Made by a program: the position numbers and the translations under genes. 64,000 bases of DNA from Vicugna vicugna (Eukaryota). Positions within the stretch are counted from its first letter, which is position 1, and the number at the start of each line of letters is the position of its first letter. The DNA lies in contig MU057724.1 of assembly GCA_013265495.1 (NCBI GenBank), positions 1,255,102 through 1,319,101 on the forward strand. Direction: 5' to 3'. This document shows, in pieces, positions 1-14,321 of this stretch. Under the pieces are notes generated by a model, which ran no database searches, had not been told where the DNA came from, and saw only the letters and a program-made list of their open reading frames with translations.

Positions 1-69
1 CTGATAAACGGATTTGAGTATATTCACAAAGTGGATTTCTACCCACTTATTCTTTTCAATAAAAAATAA

Positions 70-2375
70 ATTAGGGACTTTCCAGGTATGGTTCTACACA
101 TAAAGATCTCGGAAGTCACCACTCTTTCCTCACAACAAATAAAAAGTCGAACAGACTGAAAAATCATCAGCTCTTCTGGGATCCATGAGATAAAGAAGGA
201 CACCTGGCAAACCACTGCCCTCAGATTGGAGGACGGGCAGCGGAACACAGGCTGCTGAGCAGAACAGAGACTCACGAGCGAGACCGGCAGGAAACCAGCA
301 CCAGGTAGGAAACCCCCAACCAGAATGAGGATTGCTGGAGGCTCCGCATAGGCAGGTCTGAAAGGGAGACCGGGGGGTCCAGTCCTGGGAGCCCCCACAA
401 TACTGGGAGACTTACTGCAGGAGTTCAACTAGGTCCCCGCAGTAAAAACTGGAGAGAAATGCCCTTGGGCTCCTGGCAGGGAGAAAGGGGGCCTTGTTCT
501 TAGCAAGGTCTGAACTCAGGGGAGCTGGTTAACCAGTGCCTACCGTGCTGAGTGAGTATCAGTGTCTGACCCGGGAGAGAGAAGCATCCAGCTCCAGCTG
601 ACTCCAGCCATCCTGTCCCTCCTAAAGAGGACAGAGGGGACTGAGAAAGGCTTGCGAGGTTTGCAGTCTAGAGGCACAGGCTTCACTGCACACTGAGACC
701 CATCACAGGACAACGGAGTGCTTCACTCACCGTAACCCTTAGTACGAGGTTACTGACACCTCTTTACAACAATTTCTTACAACCAGTAGAATTCCTGGCT
801 ATCAGGAAAAAAATTACAAGGCATACCAGAAAGGTGAAAAACGTACTTTGACGAGACAAAGCAAGCATCAGAACCAGGCATGTCAAGGATGTTGGGTTAT
901 CAGATGGGGAGATTTTTTTAAATTATGCTTAATATGCTAAAGAATCTAATGGATAAGGTAGACAGCAATGCAAGAACAGATGGGCAATGTGAACAGAGAG
1001 ATGGAAATACTAAGAAGAAACCAAAAAGAAAAGCTACCGTTAGAAACCCTGCCCCAGAGATGGAGGCCTCTGATGGTCTCACGAGCACTTCAGACACAAC
1101 AGAGGAAGGATCTCTGAGCTACAGGGTCTATCGGTAGAATCCTCAAAAACCCAAACCAGAGAGAACAAAGACAGAAAAAAACAGACGAGACTACCCAAGG
1201 ACTGTGGGGCAGCTATAAAAAGTGCAAATGTGCCTGCAAGAGGAACAGCATAAGGTGCAGAACAAGAGACCAGAACAGAACAACCACTTGAAATAATAAT
1301 GAGTGAGGATTTCCCTGAATGTCAGGTACCAAATCACAGATCCAGGAAGCTCAGAGAACACTAGACAGGATAAATACCAAAAACCATCACCTAGACGTAC
1401 CGTTTTCAGATTACAGAAGATCAAAGATACAGATAAAGTACTGAGCAAGGAGGGGGTGGGGAGAACTCACTTACAGAGGAACAAAGACGAGAGTCCTAAC
1501 TGATTTCTCCTCAGAAGCCAAGCAGTAAGAAGAGAAGGGTGTGAAATATGTAAAGTGTGGAGGGAAAAACCCCAACCTAGAGATCCATGTCCGGCAAAAT
1601 GGCTTTTCAGAAGAGAATGCGAAATAGACCTTGAGACAAAAACTGAAGGAATCAATTCCCAGGAGACTTGCCTGGTCAGAGATGTTGAAAGTTTTTCAGA
1701 GAGAAGATCAACGTTATGGGTGTAAAGCTTGGACAGAGCATCAAAGAGTTAACATGTGAAAGAAAAGCTTTTAAAAAAACTTTCATTTTTCTTATTCTTA
1801 ATTGATGCCACAGATAACAATTTGTTCAAAATAATAACAGCAAAATGTGTGTGGCTGAGCATTCTTATGAATGTTTACACAGAAATTAAATGAAAAGCAA
1901 CAATTACACCAGGGACTGGAGAGATGAATTAGGGTTATTTGCTTGTTATAAGGAACTCACACTATCCTTGAAGAGGTGTAGGGTTATTTAAAAGTAGACT
2001 TGGATTAATTATAAACATCTATTTCATAGTGGTTGACTCTTGGTTGGCCACTAAGAAAAGTGAAAGAGGAGATATAACTACATACTAAGAAAGCAGAGGA
2101 AATAGAATCACATAAACTGTTAAAGCAACAAAAGCAGAAAAAGAATGAAAGGCAAAAATAGGAGCGAGGAACAAGGACCAAAACTCGAAACCATAGCAAA
2201 TGTGGCAGCTATCGCTCCAGGTGTCCCAGGAGCCGTTAGGGAGTAGGGGGTCTAATACGTCAGAGACCGTCAGAGTGAATCACAAATCAGACCTGACCAT
2301 ACGCTGTCTACAAAAACCCGTTTTAAATATAAAGGTACATGGAGGTTAAAGTTAAATGGTGGAGTAAAATACACA
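70..2375 (+). mobile_element. Old LINE-1 (L1M-type) fragment: 5'UTR/ORF1 to start of ORF2, decayed
   Basis: A-rich strand; ORF1p-like remnant PSPRRTVFRLQKIKDTDKVL at ~1380-1445; endonuclease-like 'ccatacgctgtctacaaaaa' at ~2297; boundaries approximate. Confidence 0.75.
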
Positions 2376-3349
2376 GGAACAACTAACACGTTTGCTTGTC
2401 TCCGGTTCTCTGTTCTTCCCTTCGGCCATCGCTGCGTGGGTGCTGGACTGGCTCCCTTCTTCTCACTTTCTGTTTTCTAACCACCTGCTTGTGTTCATCT
2501 CGGTTCTACAACCTCACGTGAGGTCCTAAGTGTTTCCTAAAATAATTGATGGACTACAGATCTGGATATCTGTTCTTTCCTCTAATTCACTTGGCCTAAA
2601 ATTCTGAATGATTATCCCGGATGAGCAGTTTCAGCTGGACGAGTGATCGTTCTGTGTAAAATTAGAAAACGAGACTCACCTCAGAAGAGCTGCTCTGTGA
2701 GTGAGTCAGCGCTTTTTAATGCAAAGGCGTTTCATTATCACCGCTTCAGACCAGCATGTTCCTAATGTGGTGCTGGGGACAAGGAGCTGGGGGGATCCTA
2801 AAGACTAAGTATTTGTGAAGGTTCTATTGCTTCTGCAGAAATTCATTTAATTAAATATGTAATACTTCAATGAAATTAAATATAGATTGATACACTAAAA
2901 TTTGCATTGTTCTGGAAATGGAAAACCATACAAACTAGGTGAAATGAAATAGATAATAACATGGAAATAAGGTCTGTATTATTTATGTAAATACTATCCT
3001 ACGTGTTCAACACAGTAGATTAAATAGTGAAAGTTTTGGTCAAAATTGTCATTTTTGTTATTGATATATTTCCTATTTTTCTCCCTTGAAATTGACTTCA
3101 TCAGTTGTTTTGTACCACAGACAGAGAAATTCAATGTTTAAAAAACGTGTTTTTCTCCTTCACATCCCCCTGGAGAAGCACAAGAAGAGGCCTCGTGGGA
3201 GGTCAGAATTTACTTCGGCACGCTGATAACGAGGCCACTTTCACTTAGGCGTCCGTGGGGACCTCTCGGGAGCAGCCGCCAAGCAGCCCTGCGCCTCCCA
3301 GCCAGGCTCTCGTCGGCGGAGGCCTGGCGCAGTTACAAGGAAGTTCTCA

Positions 3350-5010
3350 CCTCGAATAAGAAAAGACAGTTAACAGATGCCAACCTTAAGATGTCACGGG
3401 TGTTAGAATTACCCAACAAGAATTTGAAAGTCGCTCTCCTAAAATTGCTTCCTGTTTGTTACAAGCAGGACTGAAACAAGTGAGAAAAGAGACGGTCTCA
3501 GCAAAAAGCTCGCGGAGCTCGCAGAACTGAAAAGTCACCCGAAACAGAGCGGACAGAGGAAAGAACCACTTAACTGAAGACAGAACAATAAAAAAGTACC
3601 GACTCTAAACTAAAGAGAGAAGTTGGTCTGGAAAAAAATTAAGGTACCCGTGAGACTAAAACAAAACATCTAACACTTATTTCATCAGAGTCCCCAGAAC
3701 AGAGAAAGAGGTCAGGGCTCAAACAGCGCTTGAAGAAATAACGGCTGAAAACTCCCAAAATTTTGCAAAAGACATAAACCCACACATTAAAGAAGTGGAA
3801 CTAACCTCAAAAGGATAAACCCAGGACACCCACGTCAGGACACATCACAGACAAACCCTGAGAACTAAAGACAAAGGAAAAGCTTAAAAGCAGCAGGAGA
3901 AAAATAATACTTTCCCAACAGAGGAAAAATAATTCAAATGATAGATTTTTTCCCCAGAAACAATAGCAACCAGAAGGAAGTGGCATCGTGTTATCCAACT
4001 GCTGAAAAGAAGAAACGATCAACCTGGATTTCTGTAGATGCCAAAAGTATGCTTCAAGAACCAAGGGGAAGTTAAGACATCATCAGGAGAGAGAAAAGTA
4101 AGAAAATGTGTTGCCAAGAGACATATTCTAAATAGTGGCTGATAAGAACTTTGTAAGCGGAAACTTACAACTCGTTGATAAAATGGGCAACAAAAAGTGA
4201 GGAAAGGCCTTGAATCGATGTTTTTTCCAAGGAGGACGTATACACGGCCAGTAAGGAAGTGAGGAAGTGCTCAGCACCGTTAGCCGTCAGGGAGACGCAC
4301 GTGAAGTCGCAGCGAGATGCAGTTTCTATCCACTAGGATGTTTACAGTCAAAAAGACAGAGAAGAGCAAGTGGTCCTGAAGGTGTGGAGAGGCTGGAATC
4401 CTCAGACTCTGCCGGTGAGAATGGAAAACGCACAGCTGCCCTGAAAGAGACTGGAGGCTCCCAGTTTCACCCCTTGGTTTATGCTCAAGTCCAGTGAACA
4501 CTCGTGTCCACACAAGAGCCTTCACACACATGATCGCAGCTGCGAACATCATTCATAGCAGCCAAACCCTACAGAGACCCCAGGTCGGCGCGGGTGGAGG
4601 AACGGGGGAGTCAGAGCTGGCACGCCCGGTCCGTGGAGTGCTGCCTGACAATTTTAAAACTGAAGTACTGGCACGTGTTACAACATGGATGGGTCTTCAG
4701 AGCATCACAGTGAGAAGCCAGGCGCAAAGAACCACACGCTGTATAATTTCGTTTCTGGAAAGTGTCCACAAGGGGCAAGTCTGTAGACACAGAAAGCAGA
4801 TGTGTGGGTGCCCACGGTTAGAACGGGGTGAGGGGCAGAGAGTGAAGGGTGCGGAATCATATTTTGGAAAATACAAATATTGTAAAAGTGATTGTGGGGA
4901 CGGATGCATGACTGTAAATATACTAAAAACCACTAAATTGTACACTTTAAATGGCTGGTTCTAAGATATATGAATTATAGCACTGTAGAGCCATTTCTAA
5001 AAAGACAGTA
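3350..5010 (+). mobile_element. Old LINE-1: ORF1 remnant joined to ORF2 C-terminus/3'UTR
   Basis: ORF1-like 'aaagacaaaggaaaagcttaaaagcagcaggagaaaa'; L1M-type 3' end 'atgactgtaaatatactaaaaaccactaaattgtacactttaaat'. Confidence 0.78.
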
Positions 5011-5019
5011 AAATAACCT

Positions 5020-7370
5020 TTGTATATTCACATATCTAAATATTTCTGTGTGTAACCACCTCTATATTAAGCTAAACATGAGTTTATACTGACACCTCCA
5101 GACGGTCTTCCGTGACCCACGGACTGTGCCAGCCTCTCCCTGGCGTGTCTGACTCCCGCTCCCACCGGTTCCTCTCACCCACCAGCTACGCAGTTCATTG
5201 TTGAATCTCAGCATGCACAGAACAGGGACAGAGGTGTCGCACCCCTCGTGGGAAGACGCGGTGCCCGGTGCAGCTCCTCTGCTCTTCAGTCCTCCGCCTT
5301 CTGTGTCTCAGCCCCGCTCTCCTTTCCAGTTACTCAGGCCCCCCGTTGCCCCCACCCCTTTTGGTGAGGTGCTGACATCCATCTGTAAGGCAGTTAGGTT
5401 ATTCCTCACAGCACCCATTCCTTCTCTGGACTCCCTAGCTTTTACACTTACATATATTAAGGTGGACTGCTTTTCGCTGACATTCTGTGGGTTTTGACAA
5501 ACGCATAATGTCGTGTATCCATTACTGTAATATCATAGAGTGGTTTCTCCACGTGTAAACCCCTGTGCACCATCTATTCGCCCTCCTCCCTCTCCCCGAA
5601 CTCCTGGCCACCACTCCTCATGTCGCTGTCTCCTTAGCTCTGCCTTTTCAGAAGGTCTTATGGATGGGGTCAGAGGGCACGTCCTTTTGCTTAATACTTT
5701 AAACCTGAGGTTTCCGCCCATGTCTTTCTGAAGTTAGGTAGCTCACATCTTCTTATTTATTATTTATGTATTTGTTTTATTTATTGTGCCTTCTGTGAAT
5801 GAAGAGCATCTCGGTCACCTCTTCAGTTTTCAGCAGTTATGAATAAAGCTGCTATAAACATTTGCATGCAGGTTTTATGTAAACACAAGTTTTAAAATTC
5901 ATCGAATAAATGTCCAGGGGCACCACAGGTTCCGACTGTGTTAGCTTCATTGGAGACCCCAAACTCTCTCCTGAATCCCCACCAGCGAGGAGTGAGAATC
6001 CGTGTTAGTGAGCTACATCCCCAGCATTTGGGGGTCAGCGTTTTAGGGTTCGGCCATCTAACAGGTGTGTGATGTTCGCTCATTATCATCCTGCACCCCC
6101 CTAGTACCATAGCATGTTGAGTTTCTTTTCATGTGCTTTCTCGCTGTCTGTGTGTTCTTTGATGAGATGTTTGCTCAAATATTTTGGCATCTTTAATTAG
6201 ATTATTTTCCTGCTGAGCTTTGAGTTCTCTGCGTATTTTGGAAACAAGTCTTCATCAGATCAGCCTTTTGCAAACATTTTCTTCCCACCTGTGACTTTTC
6301 ATTCTCTTAACAGGATCTTCTGCAAAGCAGAAGTTTTTAGTTTTAATATTTTCTGACATCAAATCTTGTTCTTTTAAGGACGATGTTTTAAATGTCCTTC
6401 CCGAAAGCTCATCACCGAACCCAGTCATGTAGTTTTTCTCCTAGAAGTTTTATACAATATTGGGATTATGGGTGGGTCTGTGATTCATTTCGTGCTAATC
6501 GTTGTGAAAGGGTAACATTCATATTTCAGTTCCTTTCTTTCTTTCCTTCTGTTTTCTTCTTTGCTTGTTGAATCACCTTTTCCTCTGCCAAAATCAGTTC
6601 CCTTTGTTTGGGTTCTGTTTTGGGCTCGCTGTTGTCTTCCATCGATCTCTGTGTTTAGTGTTCAAAACAGCCGTGCTGTCTCGATTCCTGTAGCTCCTTC
6701 AGCAAGTCCTCCTGCTGTGTCCCCCCTCAGCGCTGTGTCTGCGATGGGTCCTGTGCTCTTTGTACAAACCCAAGAGCCAGCTTGTGGACGCCTTCAGACA
6801 GCTCACGGGATTTTTGTTAGGTCTGCCTTGATTCTATAGACCAAGGAAGTAAGAATCAATATCCTAGAAGCATTGAGTCTTCTCTGCCGTGAGCAGGAAG
6901 TCTTTTTTTAATTGCCGCAGAGTCGGCTGCAACACGCCCATTTCTGGTGACGCATCCTGTCCCAGCCCTGCACGCACGCACATCTTGATCATCCTTGACT
7001 TCTTTCCTCAGGATTCTATAGTTCTCCACATAGAAACCTTTACTTGTTAGGTTTATACCAAAGTACCCCCTTTTTAGTGGCCATCGTAAATAGCACTGTG
7101 ATTTTAATTTCCAATTCCAGTTCTCACAGCTGAGGTATAGGAAGGTGGCTGAATTCTGCGCATTCACCGTGTCTCCACGCTTGCTGTAATTACTGACTAG
7201 TTCCGTGAGGTTTTGCTGGGATTTTCTATGTAGACAAAGAACAAAGTTTTATTTTTTCCTCTCCAGTCGGTGTGCCTTTTATTTCATATTATTGCTGTGT
7301 TGCCTTGGCTGTGACTTCGAGCACAGTGTTGAGCAGCCGTGGTGGGAGGGGGCACGTTGCCCCGTTCTCA
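5020..7370 (-). mobile_element. Old LINE-1 3' region (L1MC/MD-like), antisense
   Basis: T-rich strand with 'gaataaagctgctataaacatttgcatgcaggttttatgt' and 'tgttgaatcaccttttcc'; boundaries approximate. Confidence 0.75.
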
Positions 7371-7489
7371 GTCTCCCAGGAGAATACTGTTTCTTACAAT
7401 TCCTTCCCCTTCTGCTACATCACGCACCGATTTTTCACAGTCGTCGTTTCTTCATCTTAATTCTCTGTCTCAGCTCAGGCCTATGTGAT

Positions 7490-7650
7490 AGCAAAAACAG
7501 TGGGAATCAGGGAAACTTCCGTTTCAGTCATGATGTGGCTCTTGGTCAAGTTATTTAACTCACATGCATTTTAGTTTCTTATTCTAAGTCGGGAAAACAT
7601 TGCCTGTGCCAGTGGGCTGTTGTGATGATCACGTGTTTGAAATGAAAATG
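7490..7650 (+). mobile_element. MIR SINE fragment
   Basis: Core-like 'gtggctcttggtcaagttatttaactc...tagtttcttatt...gggctgttgtgatgatca'. Confidence 0.5.
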
Positions 7651-10585
7651 TTTGGACGATAGCCCTTATTCCCTTAGTGCGTGCATGAGTCCCTAAGTTT
7701 GATGTAGGCCCAGTGCTAAATTCTTTGGCTACAACTGGGAACAAAGAGGCTCAGGACCCAGAAAGCTGTAGTGGGAAAAACAGTCGAGGTCCCGGTGTAT
7801 TTTAATAATCAGCCATGAGTGTTAGGAGACGTGTAAGTGTACGCAGCAGATTTTTGGTAATTAGAAGCTACCGTCTATGGGTATTCCTTTCTGAAGTTTC
7901 CCTTCCTGAATCGTCAGAAAGAGCTCATGACTTTTCTTGTCACTTTTCCTGCATATCTGCTTTCTTCCCATCACACAGAATCAGTACAGCTCTGTTTGCT
8001 CGTCTCTCTCATCTCTGCCTTGATCTCACAGCTTCCTCCCTTTTCACTACGTGTATCAAAAGCTTCTGTTCCTGGGATTTATGAGACCAATGTGTTTTGC
8101 TGGGTCACATGTGTGAACTGGTTCCATATAGTCCATGCGTTGGAGGTAGAGAGGATGTCAAATGTAATATCCAGAGGACAGGGGTGGTAATAATTGTGTT
8201 CTTATATAAAGCAAGTGAAGCACTTAAATCTTTCTCGTAACATGAATGCTGGTACTTAGGTGCGTGGCATGGTTTTATACAGTCCAGAACTCCTCTTGGG
8301 CTCCATCCTTTCATTTTGTGAAGAAAAAGAAGATTAAAGAAAGGCTTTTTATGCAGATGAGTCTATGGGAGCACCTATCTCAATTCTGTGTTTTAAGAAA
8401 TAAGGTAACCGATGCTACCTCGGTTTCCCCTGGGACAGCGTGCTGTTGCTAGGCAGCAACTTTGTGAAACTCAAGCTGTGTTGACTAAAGGCGGCTCCCC
8501 ATCAGCTTCCACCCACTCTCTGATTGATGAAACAATTCATTAACATCACTTTTTCCCCTTTGATTTTTGGGGTGGGGGGAGAACCTGGTGTGAGAGGTGG
8601 GGTAGGCCAGAGGGCACAGCTCTCACAAGCACACAGACCCCTGGCGGGCACCACAGGTGCCATCAGAGAACAGTCACTTGCCTTTCCATGCCTCCTGCTA
8701 CCTGCAGGGACCAACTTAAAATTCTGGCTTTAAAACATGAAGTAATTTGTCTTGCCCAGCGCTCCTTCCTTTCTGACAAGTAAGCTAATGAAGTGGGAGC
8801 ATCAAGAGGTGCTGGCTGGCTTTGCCAGAGCATGTGTGGGCACACCCATGTTTAAACAACATTAAAATAAAAGAGTCAGGTTCTGCTGACTCTTTGGTCT
8901 CTCCAAACACCTCTCTGCATCAGCAATTTTATATTTGATTTGGAACATGTTCTAAACCAAAGATCGGAAGGCGGTCTTGTAGAGAATGAGTGAAGGCACA
9001 GCACAGACCCCTGGTAGGAGCCCTGGGCGCCGCTGTCCTCCAGGGAAGCCGGGGCTCAGCTCGCAAGCTGATGCTCACTGGGATCTACTCGCCAAACGGC
9101 CTGCGTGGCTGACGGTTGCTGTGCAGGATATTCTAGAAAATTTAGGTGATGCCGTTTGCTATTTAAGACGCATTTGCTTTGACAGATTGAAGTCTTTGTT
9201 TTGAGACAGTTAGTTGATGGGGGTTGTCTGAGCTAAAGGCACCACTGGTTCTGATACTATTTTAAGGAATCGAGTATTTATTCCTCACAGAAAAGGAATT
9301 ACGAAAATAGCTCCGCCATCCAAGAACTGTAATTGATGGGCAGTGCTGTGAAAGTGGTTTGCCTGTCTGTTTCAGAATAAAGATGACCTTTTCATTGATC
9401 TCTTCCTCTGAGTCTTCCAGTATTTGAGCTGCTCTGTGACATCACTGTTGGAAAATGATTAGATAAATATTCAACAGACATCTAAATGTGTAGTGTCACT
9501 TTTCTTTCTTCAGGAAGAAATCTATATAAAGAAGTATAAATGTTGTTAACTATGGTTTTATTATCACCCTTAAATGATAAATTGGTTTAAAATGTATATT
9601 TTTACTACCACAGGTGAAATGCATCAGGTGACTATTAAGCAGGGAATGGATAACTTAGCCAATAAACGGCGTCTGTGGAGACACAGGGGCCAGAAAACAA
9701 GTGTCTGTGCCAGGTCCTGGGGGGAGCGTGGAGTCTGCCCCATCGCGGGTGGGTGGGGGCGATTCAAAAGACGGGCATGTTACAAGTAGAGAAGGTTGTA
9801 GATGAAAGCTCCCAACCCTTCAGCACGTCAGGAGGACAAGCATTACGAAGACATGATTGCCCCAAAACAGTAATATTGACTTTTTGTCAAAAACTAAGGG
9901 ATTTGTCCAAATGTGGCTCTTTGTGATTTTTTTTAAGTTTCATATGTGCATGATTGAATTGTTATTTACAGTATGGAAGGCAAAAGAGAACTGCTTTTGA
10001 AAACTGAGAATGTACTGTCATTACCAGTTAATTGTAAAATCCACTCTTTGAAACAAGCAATCACTGTGAGCCCAGTTTATTCAGCGTTTCAGTCCCAGGT
10101 GTCCACGTGGGTGATTTATGTGCTGACAGGTGGCACCTCCCAGCCCAGCTCTCAGACCACAGGCCCCGTGACCGGGCAGGGAGGGAGAGCAGACCTGGTG
10201 GACAAAGACAATACGTAGCGCTGGCTGTGAACTGTTTTTCTGTAACTCACAGCTTGTCATTTCTCAGACAACAGGAATATTAATGTGAGAGTGAGGAGAG
10301 ACTTTAAAGTCAAGATTTCAAACTGCGTCCAAAACCTCCCGGAAAGGCCGCCAGGTTGAGAGTTCCGCAGCTTAGTGCTGCTGCCGTCCCTTTCAGCTGG
10401 ACAGACACGTTGTTAGCCTTCAGTTTAACAATTGCAGCATCCTCTGTTTGTCCCATGGTTTGGAGCCTCTGTGCTGTCACAAAATGTTCTTTTTTAAAGA
10501 GCAAAGCACTAAGACCGAGAGGAGGAAAGCGGTGGGGAAGTACAGTACCAGGAAGCGCTGACCGCTGCTGAACTCTGTCTTTCAG

Positions 10586-10642
10586 GAGAGAGCCGTGACC
10601 ATCAGAAGACAGACTGTGGGAGGATTCGGACTAAGCATCAAG
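10586..10642 (+). CDS. SNTG1: SNTG1 coding exon (57 nt), PDZ start with GFGL loop: ERAVTIRRQTVGGFGLSIK
   Basis: ctctgtctttcag acceptor, gtagcc donor; phase 0-0. Confidence 0.96.
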
Positions 10643-12554
10643 GTAGCCCGCGCTTCCTGTCTGTCCTTCCAGGGGCTGTGCTGAAAAGCCTGCGTGTCTG
10701 TACCTTTAAACTGTGTTGATTGATCGTGAGCTAAGAATGGCTGCAGCAAACTCCTCAAAGTTTGACTGAGACGTAAATTAGGTCAGTTCTCGAAACGCTG
10801 GCCACCTTAGACTGAGAGATACTGGAAGAGCATTTGGGAAATTTGCCTTTGCTGGAAAGGAAGATAACTCATGAACTGTCTTCATCTGGTTTCATCTAAT
10901 ATATCAGATGTGGTCTTGTAGTGTTTGTACCTTTTAACCAGTGAGGGTGGGAGATACCGACCTGTCAGGCGAAGGAACTGGAGGGAACCACACCTCGTAG
11001 CGAAAAATAAGGTCTGTGAGCAAGCTGAGTGTTAGCTGTGTCCTTCTCATCTTGTTCTTCTGTGCGGTGTTTTTTTTTTATTCTTATTTAAGAAGTCAGT
11101 AAAATATCACGTTACAATGCCGAGTACAGAGGACAAAGTTTTAGCGTCTGATTTAGTTTAAAAAATTAACCACATCAATGAAACTTACGTGTTCTTTTCC
11201 ATTTATGGTTAAATTTGAAAGGGCTTTTCTTTCTGTATGTTGCTGGCTATCAAAGACGCACTTACCCGCCACTTTCCTCCTCTGTCAACACGGAATCACG
11301 TGTGTTTAACCCTCTCTGGGGGGCACTTTCCGGACGTTGCCTCGCTTTCTCTCACCGTGATTCACGCTGGGACAGCACAGCTCGGTGACTGGTTAGTTCT
11401 CTGAACCCTGGCCGTGCCTCCCAGCCAGACCCAGGGTAGGTCAGGAGACGATGGTAGAGAAATGCGCCCGGGCCTCAGGCCCTTCAGAGTCTGGAGGGAC
11501 AGTGGGCGCTGAGCAGTGTCCAGGGGAGAAACGTAACCGCGGCTGTGACCCCGGCTGCAGCAGGAGCCCCTGCAAGTAGGGGAACGAGACGACAGGGCCC
11601 TGCAGCTGAAGCCCTGAACGTGAGGAGAGTTTACACCAGGTTGAGAGTAAAGGATAAAAGTGTTCCAGGCAGAGGGCGGCGCACGCGGACGTCCGTCAGT
11701 GCCCAGAGTGATGGGGCGCGGGAGGAAGTGGGGGGCTGGCCCGCGGGCTGCTGAGGACCTTGGCTTTCGGTCCACATGACTGGGGAGCCTGCCACCTGTT
11801 CTAAACAGAGGGAGTCACGTTATTTGATTCCTGCCTGGAAAATCTAGAATTTCCCCACTTAGGTTCAGAATAAAATCAAATTAACTTTAATTGAACTGAT
11901 CTGTCCTCTCATTTTATTCAATAAATGAAGGCGCTGTGATGTTCATTTCCCATTTTACGTACAAAAGAAAACATTGACAAGATAGGGCTTCGCTGTGTCT
12001 CATTATGAAAAGGCAGCTGTAGGTCTGCAGTGCTGAGGGAGGGGTGGAGTAACCGTGGTGACCCTCAGGCAATCGCTGTCTCAGCGGCCTTTTCCCCAGG
12101 CTGACCCTGGGGGAGGCTCCCCACTGTCTGGCATGGCAACTTGCTTGAAAAATCTGAGCACTGAGAAAGTGTTTAAATTCACTAGTGCAAGGAGGGAAAA
12201 CTGTGAAAAGCAAAAACAGCTGGAAGGAAGCACTCTGGGGGGACGTGAACACGCCACTCTGCCCCCAGACGCCTGAGCCACGGTGTCTGGATGAGTTCCT
12301 TCCTCTTTAACAGCACGTAAAACTCCACCAGGGCATGGTTTACTTTAGGTAACCAGCTTTTTCTGCTAAGAAATGGAGATGTATTCTTAAGCTATTTTCC
12401 CCAATTTCCAACTATCTCTACCTATAAACTGTCTGTTATGATGGCATTTGATTTCATTGGTCATCTTCTTAGTTTCCATGTAAAATCATTCTGCAAGGTA
12501 TTTTTAAAGGATGAACAATTTTAGGTCTGGAAAAGCTTTAGACTTCATTTATTT

Positions 12555-12830
12555 AGTCTCTCATTCATTCAACAAAAATTCCAAAGATTAAAAAAAGAAT
12601 CATGATTCTATGCACTGGCATTACAGCAATGTATGAAACAAATTGCCAAAAAAATCCAGTGCCTTTGTGGAACTTACCATCCAGTTCAGGACAGAGGAAG
12701 GAGAAAGAAAACAAACAATAAATGTAGGAAATGAGTAAAGACAGCAGTAGGCTAGAAGCTGATAAGAATATTGGGAAAAAGCAACACGGGGGGTTGGGAA
12801 CTTGGAATCCTAAGAGGTAAAATAAAGAGG
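12555..12830 (-). mobile_element. L2 LINE 3' fragment
   Basis: 'tcattcattcaacaaa' tail plus 'tgcctttgtggaacttaccatccagt'. Confidence 0.55.
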
Positions 12831-13512
12831 CTTGACTTTTGATTGGCATTTACCGTGCTAAGCAGGCACTCATTTCCCTAAATCTCCATCACAAACCCCT
12901 GTCCTCTGATCAGATGAGGGATTATCCTGGACAGAGTCAGGATTTGCCAGCAACTCACCGACCAAAAGGCAAAAGCAGAATCAGGGCCAACGACGTGCCA
13001 AAGATGCCCTGCACAGTTAGAGGCTGGCTGGGCGGATGTCGGGGTGGTGGGAAACGGTGAGGACAGGGGGAGCCAGGAGCCAGTCTGGATCTTACCCTGG
13101 TCGGACAATTTCTGCTGTTTTATTTATCACGTCTCCTTAATATCCCGGAGGCAGAAAGGATGACTTACCAAGAAAAACTTGAAAACCACGCTTTTCTCAA
13201 CAACTATTGCCCATCTTACATTTAAGTATATTGACAGTTCGTCACTAAAAGTGGACATTCATGGGGGAAAGAAAGTTCTAAAATCACTTTGATCCTTGGA
13301 GAGGAAAGGCTTAGGAGGCTCCCCTCTGGAGCTGCGGAAGCCGCGCCCACCCGCCTGAGTGTGCTGGGCTCACGTTCTGCGTGAAGTCTTACTCCTAATG
13401 CACGGATTCAATTTTTTCACTATTACTTTCAACCTTCTCACCTCTGTAATATAAAACCATGATTTCATACAGGTAGTTCGGGGGTTTATTTTATTTCCTT
13501 CTATAGAAGTTT

Positions 13513-13651
13513 AGCTTATTGTTTTGGGGGGTAAGGTAATAAGGTTTATGTATGTATTATTTTTTCAGTGGAGGTGCTGGGGCTTGAAGGATCGAAGCCA
13601 GGACCTCGTGCCTGCTCAGCACGCGCTCTCCCGCTGAGCTATGCCGTCCCC
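13513..13651 (-). mobile_element. tRNA-derived SINE (camelid vic-1-like)
   Basis: Reverse complement ggggacggcatagctcagcgggagagcgcgtgctgagcaggcacgaggtcctggcttcgatcc (A/B boxes) with A-rich tail; homologous to the copy at 52203. Confidence 0.8.
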
Positions 13652-14263
13652 TTTCTTTTTCTTTTTTCCCCCTGTCTTACTTGGTCAGTTAGATAAAGCA
13701 CGACTGCGATATTCTTGCCAGTTTACTTTATTCTGTTAAATGTTTAGCGTGTGCTTTCGCACAAGGAGAAATATACTAGTTAAGAAACCTCCCCATCAGA
13801 CACGTGCACTCTCTGATTTCATTGTATCAGTTTGTGCAGGTAAAGGTCTTCCTAGTCACTTAGCCTCCAAAGGGGTCCTAGCTTGGTCACCAGCATAGAA
13901 CAGCTTGGCCAGATAATGGAACTACATAATCATCTACTGTTTGGAGCCCTAAATAAGAATTTTTACAGTGGGAAGCCCTGGTGCACATTGAAGAAAATGC
14001 CTATTTAAGTCATCACCAATCGTTATTTGGAAAATTAAAAATTTTCAAAGTCAACTGTTATTAATTTAGTGGATGGCACAGTGAAATTGTAAACAGATGT
14101 CTCTCGGGAACACGGTCTACTTGGTAGAGAAATTCCACAGGTTTATTTAAATTTGATTTGGTGTTCATTAACACACTATTCATAGCCTATAGAGTTTTCA
14201 AACTCAAATTCCTATTTTTATTTTTTGAGCTTAAATGCACAATATATTATTTTCTCTTTTCAG

Positions 14264-14321
14264 GGGGGAGCAGAACATAATATTCCTGTCGTCATTTCAA
14301 AAATCTCCAAGGAGCAAAGAG
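14264..14321 (+). CDS. SNTG1: SNTG1 coding exon (58 nt): GGAEHNIPVVISKISKEQR
   Basis: tttctcttttcag acceptor, gtaaaa donor; phase 0-1. Confidence 0.96.
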
